A stretch of DNA of 56,093 nt, filler included, from Asterionella formosa (GCA_002256025.1; 4 parts of 4 records of this genome joined end to end with filler, not necessarily neighbours in it); one strand, 5' to 3'; shown: positions 1 to 12,268, counted from the first letter of the whole stretch. Program-made: numbers and translations. The notes: a model not told the origin generated them from the letters alone.

Positions 1-134
1 GATATATACGGGTAGACGGAAGGCCAGCGATGTGTTCTCCTTTTTTTGGTGCAACTGTTTTTACAGTTTTCATTGTCCTTTTTGTTCCATCGTCGGCACT
101 GCACCTTCTTTTCCATCCAAACGTTTATACAACC

Positions 135-1328
135 ATGCTCGTCACTCTGCGGCTTACTCTACCTTTCCTGATGTGCTTGCCCTCCACATCTGCATTTGCT
201 GGTTTGAACCAACCTGTGGCAGTAGTCCCGGAAGCTCCGCCGCTGCCTTCCAAAGCTTCCAATGGAGACCGCGATATTCTCATTCGAGCGGCTCGGGGCG
301 AACTCGTCGAACGAACGCCCGTGTGGCTTATGCGTCAAGCTGGACGGTACATGGCAGCCTTTCGAGAATATTCCGACAAGTACCCATTCCGAGCGCGGTC
401 TGAGTCACCTGCCATGGCCACGGAACTGTCACTCCAATGTCACAGAAAATACGGAATGGATGGGATTATCATGTTTAGCGATATCTTGACGCCACTTCCT
501 GTTTTAGGGATTGACTTTGATGTCGTCAAAGGGACAGGTCCTGTTATTTCGACCAAAATCAGAACAGAAGACGATGTTGCGGCGTTGAGCAGAGATTTTG
601 ATTTCGACGCCAAGCTTCCCTTCATTCGGGAAATATTGGGCACCCTTAGCAAGGAAGCAGAAGAAGCCAACACATCCTTGATTGGTTTCATCGGAGCTCC
701 TTTCACCCTGGCTTCATACACGATAGAAGGAAAGTCTAGTAAGGACTGCTTGGCCACCAAAAAGCTTTTGATGGCCGCTGAGACTGGAGACAACAAGTGC
801 ATGACAGACTTTTTGGATCTTTTAGCGCAAATGATTGGAGAATATGCTTGTCATCAGATCGACTGTGGTGCTCAAATGATTCAGGTATTCGAATCTTGGG
901 CTCATCAACTGAGTCCAAAGCAATTTGAGCAGTTTGCCAAGCCTGCTGCCCAAAAGGCAATTAAGATTATTAAGGAAAAGCACCCAAATGTTCCGGTGGT
1001 TTTCTTTGCCAATGGTGGATCTAGCTATTTGGAGCTGCAGCGTGATATGGGAGCTGATTCAATCTGCATTGACTGGTCTGTGGATATGGCCCAAGCTCGA
1101 GCCATTTTGGGACCAGAGATTGCTGTTTCTGGTAATTTGGACCCATCGGTGCTGTTCGGAACCAAGGACCAAATTGAGCAGGCCGTTCGGGACTGTATCG
1201 ACAAGGCTGGAGGACCGGGCAAGCATCTCTTGAACTTGGGCCACGGTGTCATGCAAGGTACACCAGAGGAAGCTGTGGGCTGGCTTGTCGATGAGTGCAA
1301 GCGCTACAGAGGAAAGAACTCTGAATAA
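135..1328 (+). CDS. hemE: Uroporphyrinogen decarboxylase, plastid-targeted (single exon)
   Basis: Motifs PVWLMRQAGRY, IIMFSDILTP, GFIGAPFTLASY, QVFESW and LNLGHG. Likely start is ATG 135, giving signal peptide MLVTLRLTLPFLMCLPSTSA-FAG (ASAFAP-like). Confidence 0.96.
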   Translation: MLVTLRLTLPFLMCLPSTSAFAGLNQPVAVVPEAPPLPSKASNGDRDILIRAARGELVERTPVWLMRQAGRYMAAFREYSDKYPFRARSESPAMATELSLQCHRKYGMDGIIMFSDILTPLPVLGIDFDVVKGTGPVISTKIRTEDDVAALSRDFDFDAKLPFIREILGTLSKEAEEANTSLIGFIGAPFTLASYTIEGKSSKDCLATKKLLMAAETGDNKCMTDFLDLLAQMIGEYACHQIDCGAQMIQVFESWAHQLSPKQFEQFAKPAAQKAIKIIKEKHPNVPVVFFANGGSSYLELQRDMGADSICIDWSVDMAQARAILGPEIAVSGNLDPSVLFGTKDQIEQAVRDCIDKAGGPGKHLLNLGHGVMQGTPEEAVGWLVDECKRYRGKNSE

Positions 1329-1932
1329 ACTATTTGAAGTACATGTTGAGTGACCTGAATGGGCAATAATACCTACTTGACTCTAGATCATTTAGCTCTT
1401 TTTCTATTTTGTTCATTGTCCTTGTCATTACGCCCGCCTTCATTTAGCAGGCACCGGATACCATGCAGTATGATTGTTATCTAATACGGACTAGGACCTC
1501 GTATATTGCTGGAATTCAGTGTAGCTAACCGTACTCAATCAAAAGTATTCTTTGCAGAAAACCCTTTGTTCGCTCTCGATGACGATGATTTTATGTGATG
1601 TATGTACATACCGGTGTGTTTGTCTGGGTATAGTTACATACCGGTATGTACAAATAAAAAGATCTATATATACATGAATATACAGATATCTGGATATCTA
1701 ATACCTGTATATCGTACCGTAGTTAACTGGCACCGCTATGTATACTTAGAAGCAAGATGAGTTGAAGGCAGTTCAACAGAACATGCAGCGTCACTGCCTG
1801 TTGTTTTGTATTCGTTTACTACCGGTTTCACATGTCAAAGTTATTTTTTCTTGTGTATGTTTTTAGGAAAAACATCAGTCCATGTATGACTAGATTACCG
1901 ATAGTTCCCATTGCTTCCTTGCTTCGTCCACC

Positions 1933-3437
1933 ATGATGAGCCTTGTACGAGCACTCTCAATTAACCGTGCTCCTCAATCTTTGTTGCGAAGCAGATATCT
2001 TCACTGCACTTCCATTCTCTGGAGCGAATCGCCGGCTGAATCTGTTTTCGAGGGTGTCAGCGAAGAGACCTCTCGCATCATCTACAAGCACGCACTTCAA
2101 CCGCAAACATCAGTGTCGCTGAAAACGCTGATGCAGTCAGGTCGAGGAGAGTTTCTCACCAAAACGTACAAGGAGGACGCTGTGCATAGCGATAACAAGG
2201 TTGCGACGGAGAAAGTGCTCATGCAGGTAGGTGAAGTGCTGACCATTATGCAGTTGGCCAACGACCCTTTTTTTCGAATCTAAAACAACCCTGCATTCAC
2301 ACATAGGTCGCTGGGTTTCTCCGAAGAGAACTACCGATTCGATTGGCACATCGGATTCAAGACTTGGAGCGAGTTCCTCTCATGCGAGACATGCCTTCTG
2401 TCGTTGGAGTCAAGCAACTGTACACACAATCCTTTCTAGAACTAGTGCAATTCCCTGAAAAGATTACAAATCAGCAACAAGAAGAAGACTTTGCAAAGCT
2501 GGTAGAAACGATCTACGAACGGCACTCGAAAGTCTTGGTACAAATGGCACGAGGAGCCTTTGAATTTAGAGATGCCATACGAAAGCATACCATCACGCCT
2601 CCAGGAAAGGTCGTCGAGCATGAAGTGGGCCTTACTGCCGTGGAATTCGAGCAAATGGAGAGCACTCATGAGTTTCTTGATCGATTCTACATTTGCCGCA
2701 TTGGAATTCGTGTCTTGATTGGACAGTATTTGGCCTTGCGACAGCCACCAGTGGAGAATTATGTGGGGATCATTTGCAGTCACACCAGTCCATACGAGAT
2801 TGTCAAGCGGGCGATTGATGATGCGAGTTTCATGTGTACGAGAAAGTATGGAGATGCCCCTGAAGTTATCTTGACGGGGGGATTGGACAAGACATTTCCA
2901 TATGTTCCGACACATTTGCGTGAGTTCTCGTGATTGCATGTCGCAAACACATCTGTTGCTTTTCCCTTCAATCAGGACGATCATTCTACTTACTCACTGA
3001 GTTTTTACACAGACTACATCATGTTGGAATTACTGAAGAACAGCATGAGAGCAACAGTTGATTGGCACGGAGTTGATGGAGACTTTCCCCCTGTCAAGGT
3101 TGTTATTGCGGACGGGCAAGATAATGAAGATGTTGTCATCAAAGTTAGTGACGAAGGGGGAGGCATTCCTCGATCAAACATGAAAAAGATCTGGTCCTAC
3201 CTCTTTACAACAGCAGATCCTGCAGTGCAAGAAGGTATGGTTGGACTAAGTCAAGACAATGTAGATCACGCCATTGATTCACCACTTGCAGGGCTAGGCT
3301 ATGGCTTGCCAATTTCACGCAGTTATTGTCGTTACTTTGGTGGTGATTTGAGCATCATGTCGATGGAGGGTCATGGAACTGATGCTTTTGTGTACTTGAC
3401 AAGATTGGGTAACACAAGAGAGCCAGTCCCAATCTAA
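1933..3437 (+). CDS. PDK: Mitochondrial pyruvate dehydrogenase kinase; exons 1933-2226, 2307-2919, 3013-3437
   Basis: GT-AG introns 2227-2306 and 2920-3012 restore FLRRELPIRLAHRI, FLDRFYICRIGIRVLIGQY, PTHLHYIMLELLKNSMRAT, SDEGGGIP and LAGLGYGLPISR. The N-terminus is Arg/Ser-rich, like a mitochondrial presequence. Confidence 0.93.
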
Positions 3438-3519
3438 GACCAAAATTAGGAATTTATTGTAACTCATGACTATAGCTGTATGTAAGTTTGTGGTTTCGAT
3501 GACATGAATGCCGCTGTGG

Positions 3520-4330
3520 AGGGTGTTGCCAGGGCAGGTCATTGCTTGCTTTTTTTGACATCAGCTATGAAATATATGCCTTGAGTAGATATTCTATGGT
3601 ACCCCAAGAAGGGCACTTCGAGACCACGAAAAGGGTTATGGGATACCTAAAGACATGTCACAAAGGATGCATCATCATTGATCCAAACATGAGAGATTGG
3701 TCTATGTATTTGATGGAGACAGCAGATAACTGTTGAGATTTTTACCAAATGCCTCCAAAGAGATACCCCATTATAGGCCACAGTCAAAAGGGAACAATGT
3801 ACGGATTACTGTGTTCATTGATGCCAACCATGCACACATGACCAGCTTATTCTGCATTCTGTTACTGGAATCTTATTGTTTGTGAACAACACACCCATTT
3901 AATGGACATCCCAAAATCAAAAGACATTAGATTATTCTACATATGGCTCCAAGTTGGTCACTGCTTGCATCGCAACGGAAATCGCTATTGAGATTTGGTA
4001 CAACTTAAAGATGCTTGATGTCCCTTTCATTGGACCAGCATTAATGTTAGGTGATAACCGAAGCACTGTGTTTAACACCACAATGCCTCCCAGCATGTTG
4101 AAGAAAAAACATAATGCAATGGCATACCACAGAGTCAGGGAAGCAAAAGCAGCTGGAATTGTTCGTTTTCGAAACTTGCGATCAGACGAAAATTTAGCTG
4201 ATGTTTTGACAAAGCCACTAGGTTGTTAGGCCAAGTTCAGAACAATAATCACATCATCATTTTTCAGAATTCCACGAGGTTTGGAGATACGCACTGAAGC
4301 AACTTTCCCCTTTCAAGGTATTTGAAAAAA
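3520..4330 (+). mobile_element. Decayed Ty1/copia (CoDi-type) retrotransposon fragment, RT end plus RNase H
   Basis: Broken frames read DISYEIYALSRY...VMGYLK, VFIDANHA, STYGSKLV and LKKKHNAMAYHRVREA...SDENLADVLTKPL, with stops and frameshifts. Boundaries are approximate. Confidence 0.9.
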
Positions 4331-4428
4331 AAAGTAAAACTAGTACCTGGGTCAATTATTTGGCAATCATGTGCCCCTATTTACGCCATCTTGTCCTGAA
4401 TTCAGTTCTGTTACTATATCTCACAAAT

Positions 4429-7303
4429 GAGTGTCTATGTGTTATGTCATATCTGATGAAATTCAAATCAGCAGAATTTGCTAGTCAAATCTGCTGAATC
4501 AGCGCTTTTCAAAACTTCTCACAAGCAAAAGTTCCATCAAGTAAACCCTTGTCTATTTTCATTCAAACATGGTAAAATGACTGCCTCCTCATATGGATGA
4601 TAGTGTATCTTTCTTCTTGAGGAATAAAGTGCATATTCTAATTTCCATTTCCAGAACATATAATGCCAATATCAGTTACTGCTTGTATTCCTTGTCCAGG
4701 TTTGTTTGTAGATAGGGCAACGACAATGGCAGGAATTACATGTGGGTTGCTTACATCTCTGTAGTCCATTTCAATTGTGGTAACTATAGATCCAATAGTT
4801 GCCTTTCGCTTTGACTGCATATGTCTGCCTTTCACTTTTTTGCTTTGATCCTTCTGTCGTTGTGCTTTAACATATTGTGCATGTTTTTGTCTTGCATTTT
4901 TCTTTGATTTCATATTTGTTTCTTTAACTGCTCTTTCCATAGCATATTGTGCATATCTGTTCTCATTCCCAAGAAATATTTTCATTGCTTCCATTTCATT
5001 TACCATCAGTTCACCATCAATATCCACTTGCTCAGTATTCACTTGCTGTGTCATTGAAATTGTATCATGTAGGTCACTTGGTAAGATCAATTCAGTATTG
5101 AATTGATTAACCATTTCCTTGAACATTGTTACAACAAAGGAGAGATAGTTATGTGGAGAAATAGCTGATATGTTTACAATTTCTGGTTCAAAAATCTAAC
5201 CCAGGACAATTCAAGCCATCGGGCCACAATTATACCCAACTTTTTGATGTACAATGATTGACTTTGAAATGATCCAGCTATCCACATCTGTAAACAGCTC
5301 AAATTCTGTTTTACCATTGGAATGGAGCGAAAGTTGGCAAATAAATAAATCCATCCATTTAGTTTTGTCCATTTCAGCACATCGGTGATTTGGTGGAGCC
5401 AGTTGTTAAGGCCAAGATTGAGGCCATCATGAATTGTTATGACATAAGTGTCAAGCTTGCTCTGAATCACTGCAAAATGATCATTACCAGCCATGAAAAA
5501 CTCTTGCAACCCTTCTTACATTATTTCTTGCACATTTGCGATTCTACTTTTTCCATCGGTAACAGACAATGAAAAAGTTGAAATGGAACCAACATGGTTC
5601 TTGTGAGCGAGCAGTGCTGCAAAACTTGATATAAAATCAGTTTCATACCAGGCATTGGTATTCTCACATTTATATTAGAATGTTTCCTTGCAAAATGTGA
5701 TTAAATGGTATCCTGAAAAGCAACATGAAATGCAATTGAGTGTGGGATATAGCCTTTCGAATTTTTGTCTTTCCCAAATATGAATTGACCCTTCACCTAA
5801 TTCCAATGCTTCTTTAACTTATAAGGCATTTCTTCTTTTTCTTCTTCTCATCTTCCTATTTCTTTTTTGTGGAGGAATTGCAATGTTTTCATAACTTGTA
5901 CAATCACCATCCCGCTCCTCTTCTTCTGAGTTACTTGCAATTGGCAGAAGATTGCAGCATGTTGTCTGAGCCTATGACTGATTTGCCTGTTGAAGAAGAC
6001 GGCAGCAAGTTGTCTGTGCCACAATCTAGCTGTAGCTGTTGAAACAAGTGATTGCTGAGATCATTGTTGCTTTGATGCAAAACTTCAAATACTGCGCCAG
6101 TACACATGGAAAGACTGCTCTTTTCTCTCATGTTTTTCGTCATCACGGCTGCTGCTATTCATTGTCACGCACTGGTTTCCTCATAATAATTTGTAGATTG
6201 AGCTTGAACACTCTCGCTAACATCAGGTCCTTCCAAAATTTTAAGTGGTGTCACAGACATTGTCAACCCGTGACAATGTCAAATCCATTGAGACAGAGTC
6301 ATTGGGGTCACTGGGATTGAGAGAGAAGTCATACATGGATTCCACAACAGCATGGAATATACTGCTAACTGTCACATCCATGCGCTCTTGGATAGTTGTG
6401 CACCTGCAGATGTTGCCCCCCTGGTGTCTGGCGTAATGGGATCAAATTCAATCCCAAAAAACGGTTTCATATACCTGCAGCCGCGTTTTCATTTAAATAC
6501 CAAAAAGCTACAGCGTTGAAATGCGTGCGAAAGGATTCTCTCATTCTCTGTGCACCACCACAGCAGTTGACAGTGGCTTTGCCATCATTGGATGAAGAGG
6601 CAGAAACGTATGAGAATTCACTCACCACTTACACTTTGTCTATACTGTCTTCATTGGGATTCTTCTTCTTTGAAGAACTCATGTTAAATCAGAGGTGCTT
6701 TCCGGTATACAAGTACAAGATGAATGACTGCAAACAATCAATAGATTTGGTTGTGCATTGACTTCTATTGAAGATTCACTACATGTAGTACGTACATGTG
6801 CGTGGCTATAGGGAAGCATCTGATCACTTAATCATCCTGCTGCTATCTAAATGAATCTAAGCTTTGATAGAGAAAGGGGGGTTTTGGGGTGAAATAAAAA
6901 TTACACAAAATTTACATTTGATGAATCATGAGGCCTGTGTCACAAATAAAAATAATGAAGTACATTTTATTGTATGCTATTGTTAAAGAACTTGACAATT
7001 GTGCTGGAGGTTGTACTGTCACACTTGGCCCCCCAGAGGGCCTTAGACCTGCTTGTTGTCTGCCTCACCACCCAGAACCCAAGGGATCACATAAACAAAG
7101 CAGGTGGAGAATGTGGGAATCGTACCAGCCACCCCGGAAGGTGAGCTAACCAACTAGTAAGTGATTCCCCAGGCTTGTGTCACAAATATATATACTTCCA
7201 CCTAATTTCATTTAAAGAACAAAATTATTCTCCAGATTTTCAGTGCTCATATCATTTCAGCTGAATAAAAAATTCAGCTGAAATGACTTAAAGACAGATG
7301 CTC
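4429..7303 (-). mobile_element. Decayed putative DNA transposon with degenerate terminal inverted repeats, carrying a Ulp1/C48-like peptidase pseudogene
   Basis: Minus-strand fragments NAWYETDFISSFAALL, NDHFAVIQ...TIHDGL and KVGYNCGPMA follow the W/H/D/C order of Ulp1 peptidases. The ends GAGTGTCTATGTGTTATGTCATATCTGATGAA (4429) and reverse complement GAGCATCTGTCTTTAAGTCATTTCAGCTGAA (7303) align about 70% by eye. Confidence 0.55.
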
Positions 7304-8815
7304 TATGGTTTGGAATTTATGTACATCATAAGAATATTTTGGGAAGATACAGACCTCGCAATGTGTACCATTAAGCGGGGCCGCAACCTTATGTGCCGGT
7401 GGTCTGATTGGACTAGACAATACACGATATATATGTAGAAAGAGAACACATACCGGTACATTGCTCCCGGCTTTGAAAGGTCCGAAGAAGACGGTCTACT
7501 TCTAGAAAATTATAGCTAACCTTCTCAATTTCCGAACCTTCGCTGGCTTATATCCGGGTGCGTTCTGATTCTTTCTCCCACTATCTACCGTACCGGAATA
7601 CTCTTTGTTTTTCTTTCTCAGCACCCCTACCCACACCCACCCAGGTCACAATCAAGAATTACACCGAGAGGAACATACGACAGAATTCTCGAGAAGGCGA
7701 TAAATCGAGCAGGGACATAGCTCGGGTCATATCATGCCATATGCCGGCTTTGGAGCTCGCATCCTTGGACGAAGTGGATAAATCATCATTCGGGACATAG
7801 ATTGGGTCATGCTGTTGACAACTACCGGTATACGTGTATACAGGGGAGCCAAGGTCAATCTTTCTTTTGTGCTAAACAAGACATACAGCAATGGTATCCA
7901 CCCCCTGGATTCTCGTACATACGAGGGGGAGTGCTGTATCTGGTACCGGGTATTAGTTTGTGCTCGAAATATGGCACTTGTACCATGCCTGTGGTACCGG
8001 TACCAGTTAGTCGTTCGTGTCGTGTGTTGCATACGGTACCACGTACCTGGCATGGTACCATACCCATCGTTGTGAATGTAACTGCTACCTGATAGTACCA
8101 GGTAATGGTACCTGGTACCCTATTAAAATACTGTCGGGGTCATTCACGAGCTGACGTTGGGACAGAAAGAAATGCTGCTTCTAACGAAATCAAAAGTAGA
8201 TATTGAATTGCTGGCTAGTACCGGTACCTAAATAGGACGGTGAATTGTATGTGTTAAATGGATTTGGAATGCCATGTTCATTTGTTGCGCGAAATTCATT
8301 TAGATACAAACCTGTCATTGTTACTAATATGTAAATTGGTTATTTATTGATCAGTTGGTATGAACAACTCAGTCTGAACGTGAAATATATGATGTTCCGT
8401 GGTTTGCCTTTTCGGACACCGTTCAGCAGGAAGTCATAGTAAATACAATAAATGATGTGAACAAACACGATTAATACCCCGACATTTGGCAATTATTTGA
8501 TCCCGACTACCAGTACTGTAGACTTCATGTGTTCAAACAGTTTCTACATGTTAATTGGGTGAAAAACCGGACTGCAAGCGGATGACGATCCCAAATGTCG
8601 GTCTTTTCTCCCAAAGCAGGATTTATCAATTCTAACCAACAAGTTTATCATCCCGATCAACTACCGGAATACCGGTATGTTGTACGTCTTTTGTTCCACG
8701 AGAAGCAATGTATGTACGTATGATCAGACCACACAAAAACCGAAATCGCATCTCATAATTTTCGTGCTTCATTCAGGTTGTGCTCCGAATAATGTCTCCA
8801 CTTTTATATTCCACC

Positions 8816-9358
8816 ATGCTCACCATCGATTCAGAATGGGACAACATGTGCAATATTATGGATGACGAAGAGATCCTTCCCTCCTCAAGCAGCAAGGCAG
8901 TAAACAAAGTCCTCGAGGAATGGACCACAGATGAGGAATCCATTTGTGACAACGATGATTATGACATGGAAATCATGGAAGTTGACGAGCAAATTGGCTC
9001 TGACTTCCTTTCTGACGAGATTTTTGGGCACTGTGCTTCTCCTGTCACTTCGCAAAGTGTTTTCTCCATGAATATCGACGGCATGGATAATTTGACGATT
9101 CTTTCTCCTCCTTTGACATCTGAGCTTCCGGCTCACCAAGAACAGTCACCCTTCATCGATGCATCATTCCGAGTTGCTTACATGAAACTTGCAAAGTCAA
9201 TGAAACGCACTCAAGAATCAAGGTCATGCCTTAATCTCAAGACGGATAAAGCTACTGCTGAATACGAGCGTCGACCTTCTATCAACGACATTATTTCCTC
9301 AATTGAGCAGTCATCTGAACAGCTCCGTATCACATTCGGCATCGTTCAATGTATTTAA
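8816..9358 (+). CDS. Hypothetical protein of a diatom family (acidic N-half, L-x-x-SMKR-x-x-x-SR motif)
   Basis: Clean ORF with ccaccATG context. C-terminal YMKLAKSMKRTQESR motif recalled from diatom hypothetical proteins. Start could instead be 8792. Confidence 0.7.
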   Translation: MLTIDSEWDNMCNIMDDEEILPSSSSKAVNKVLEEWTTDEESICDNDDYDMEIMEVDEQIGSDFLSDEIFGHCASPVTSQSVFSMNIDGMDNLTILSPPLTSELPAHQEQSPFIDASFRVAYMKLAKSMKRTQESRSCLNLKTDKATAEYERRPSINDIISSIEQSSEQLRITFGIVQCI

Positions 9359-9787
9359 GTCTCGCAAGGAGCACAACTCAGTACAAGAAATGCAAGGTCT
9401 AGCGACAGAACAAACCAAACCGAATTGACAGCATCCTCTTGTGGACCTTCACAGCAAAACCGACTTTAGGAAGCGCTTTCTCAGCGAATCCTGAACGAAG
9501 AAGTGGTCTCTAAGGAGAGATCCAGTAATTTATTCTTATTTATAATTGTTTTAATATTCTTTATTTATAATTGTTTTAATATTCTTGACAGTCAAAAGTT
9601 TAATTACTTGTTTGATTTAGCACGATCTGAAAGGAGACGAGCGAGGTGAGAGGTCATTGTCCAGTTACCTAGTGTACCTGGTACCCTGTTCAAGCTAAAG
9701 AAAAATGAATCACTAGCACACAGCATTTGTAGGATCAGCAAGGGATGAACAAGTCGACGAGAGTTCTAAAAAGTTATTCCTTAAATA

Positions 9788-11026
9788 TCACCACCTTTTT
9801 AACTCGCTGTTTTGTGTTTGTATTGCTTGTATAGGACAAGGTTGGTGTACTGAATAATTGACCAAAGCAGAACAAGGTCTCACAATTTGACTGAGTAAAC
9901 CACTCCTCCTCCTGGTTCTTGCCGCAAATTTCTTGAAAATTGGTCCGCTGATGTCTTCATCGCATTGAAGGCAAGGATTCAGCTTGCATAGAGGAGGAGG
10001 ATCATTATTGGGCTCGCTGTAGATTGTTTTATAAAGGCAAGGGCGAAAACAATTTTGTCGGGTCTTGAAACCATCATAGATCCACATTTTGGAGCATTCC
10101 TTTCACATATTTAAAATCGTCAAGTATGTAGATGTAAGTCAGATAGTATATTTGGTTTAAGGAAAAGTATAATTGTCGCACTTACATGAGTGAAACCAAA
10201 TCGCAGGAAGCACTTTATTCCCCTGTCGAAGTCAATCAAGGCTTCCGCATCACAAATAGTCCCAATTTTGGTTAAATCAGTATGCACAATGTATGCAGCA
10301 AGATCCTGAAGGGTGGAGCAGACACCGCAAGCTGTTTCGAACAAAATCATCAATTGAGATGGTGTTTTTTCCTAAATATTTATCCCAAAGTGAAGATAAT
10401 CCTCGTTGAAATCCAATAGAGTCTCATCGATGAACAAAAAACAGTTGTTTTTTACGAAGATTCAACTTGTGACATTTTGTACAAATCCAAGCACAAGTTA
10501 TGGACTTACCTCCTGCATGTGTTATTTGTGACCCGTCGTCCAAAGCACTTTGGACAGAATGGTAACTGATAAGATCATACTCTGAAGGGCACCGGGGTAC
10601 TGCTTCGCCACTAGGTATGCCCCTGTGTTCGGATAAATCTAAACCCTTGTCTTTCTCTTTGTAGCGGACACCGCACACTGCTTCGTCTCCCAAATCAACC
10701 AACGTTTTGTTCTGTGGTGGCGTGGTTTGACAGATCACTTCGTCGTTATATGGATTACAGGTCAAGGAGTATGGATTCCGTGCAACTTGCGACTGCATCA
10801 GTGCAATCTCGTTGTCAGTAAAGTTCGTTTTGGGTTTCAAGGCATTTGGGCATGTGTCGTTGCCTTGATCTGGGATGCAGAAGCAATCACCGCACATTGC
10901 GAATTCAGCGCCCTCTGATTTCTGGAACATGTGTGTTGCTGTCGTTGAACTGAAACTTTGACAGTGAATGTTTGCTGGCTTAAGCAACGCGACCAGTAAA
11001 AAGAAAATCAGATACTTGCATGCCAT
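9788..11026 (-). CDS. Secreted cysteine-rich protein of a conserved unknown-function family; exons 11026-10510, 10331-10186, 10099-9788
   Basis: Signal peptide MACKYLIFFLLVALL. Introns 10332-10509 and 10100-10185 join ITHAG-ACGVCSTLQDLAAY and GFTH-ECSKMW. C-terminal LNPCLQCDEDISGPIFKKFAARTRRRSG. Confidence 0.85.
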
Positions 11027-11956
11027 GGTAACTAGTATCCAATGTTGCACCGGAAGACTATACTGTTCTGGTATTCCGTACCGGTATGCTGGTGGCTATT
11101 GAGGGACATGTATTTCATTAAAATTAAAGAAACGACCACAAAACTCGTGTGGGAATGCACAACGACCACCTCCTGCAAGTTGAGGAAATTTTGCTGAACT
11201 AAAGATTTAGCTATCTTTATCCCGGATTAAATTGGTTTAGGAAAATGACCGCAACATGCAGACCTCGCCGGCGAAGCAAAATACCAAGAAAACGTTCGAG
11301 ATCATCATGCAGCGCGATGCAGAAACACGACCGAAGCGATGAGCAACCGTTGAAACGAAGGAATCTCGAATGCTGTGGTTGGGTTTTTGCTAAGAAGAAC
11401 TCCATGAGATTTATTCCAGCAGTAAGTACCGGTACATGAAATGTAGTGGTCCCTGATTCCGTTAATTCGATTCGATGTTGGTGTTCTTAATAATACCGGT
11501 AGTCCTTTGCTTTTACTTATATATTTTAGGCGGATCAGAAGGCCTCTACCGTGAAGTTCGGTCCAAATGACTGTGGACTTTGACTTTATCATTTTTTAAA
11601 TTATATGATATGCAGGTACCCGTATACCGGTACCATTATTACTTTATGTCACTTTAATTGGGGGTTAAGATTCTTTGAGGTGTCCACAATCCGACTGAAC
11701 TGACAAAAACTGGTGGGAATCAGGTCGGCTTCCAATTTCTCCTCGGCATCATGATAAATACTCCGGAGTACTCCAAGTACTTGTTATTCATTCACGTGAC
11801 TATGATTTAAGCCATTGCGCCCTTTTTAACCGTGTCGAGTCGTGGTAGAACTACGCCTGCAACCATCAGCTAGCACTGATACCGGGTAATCGAATACCGG
11901 TAATTAGCTCGTTCGCCGTGAAGACAGCCACACCATGTTAATCTAACAAAATGTTA

Positions 11957-12268
11957 GGAGAATTAGCATTGCTCCAATAATGGCCGTGAGTCATTCCCTG
12001 TCTCTACTTTTGTTTTAGAGGAACAGTTATCCTAGAGTTGAATTTTTGAATCGTCAATTTCCACTGGGAGAACTAGCATTGCTCCAGTACTGGCCGAGAG
12101 TCACTCCCTGTCTCTACTTTTGTTTTAGAGGAAGAGTTATCCTAGAGTTATATATATGAATTGTCAATTTCCACTGAAGAGTAACATTGCTCCAGTAATG
12201 GCCGCGAGTCACTCCCTGTCTCTACTTTTGTTTTACTAGAGGAACATTTATCCTAGAGTTGTATTTAT
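11957..12268. repeat. Tandem array, about 3 x 110 bp
   Basis: Unit ...CATTGCTCCARTAMTGGCCGNGAGTCAYTCCCTGTCTCTACTTTTGTTTTAGAGGAA...TATCCTAGAGTT... starts at 11957, 12067 and about 12177. Confidence 0.95.

Noticed and set aside
30..134. Upstream in-frame extensions of hemE, der, AP3B and the AEC transporter in the ORF track
   Set aside because: For hemE, der and the AEC transporter the downstream ATGs place proper targeting peptides at the N-terminus. The AP3B, der and AEC extensions begin at non-ATG codons.
9531..9586. Two-copy AT-rich repeat of about 25 bp
   Set aside because: Ordinary slippage duplication in a 3' region.
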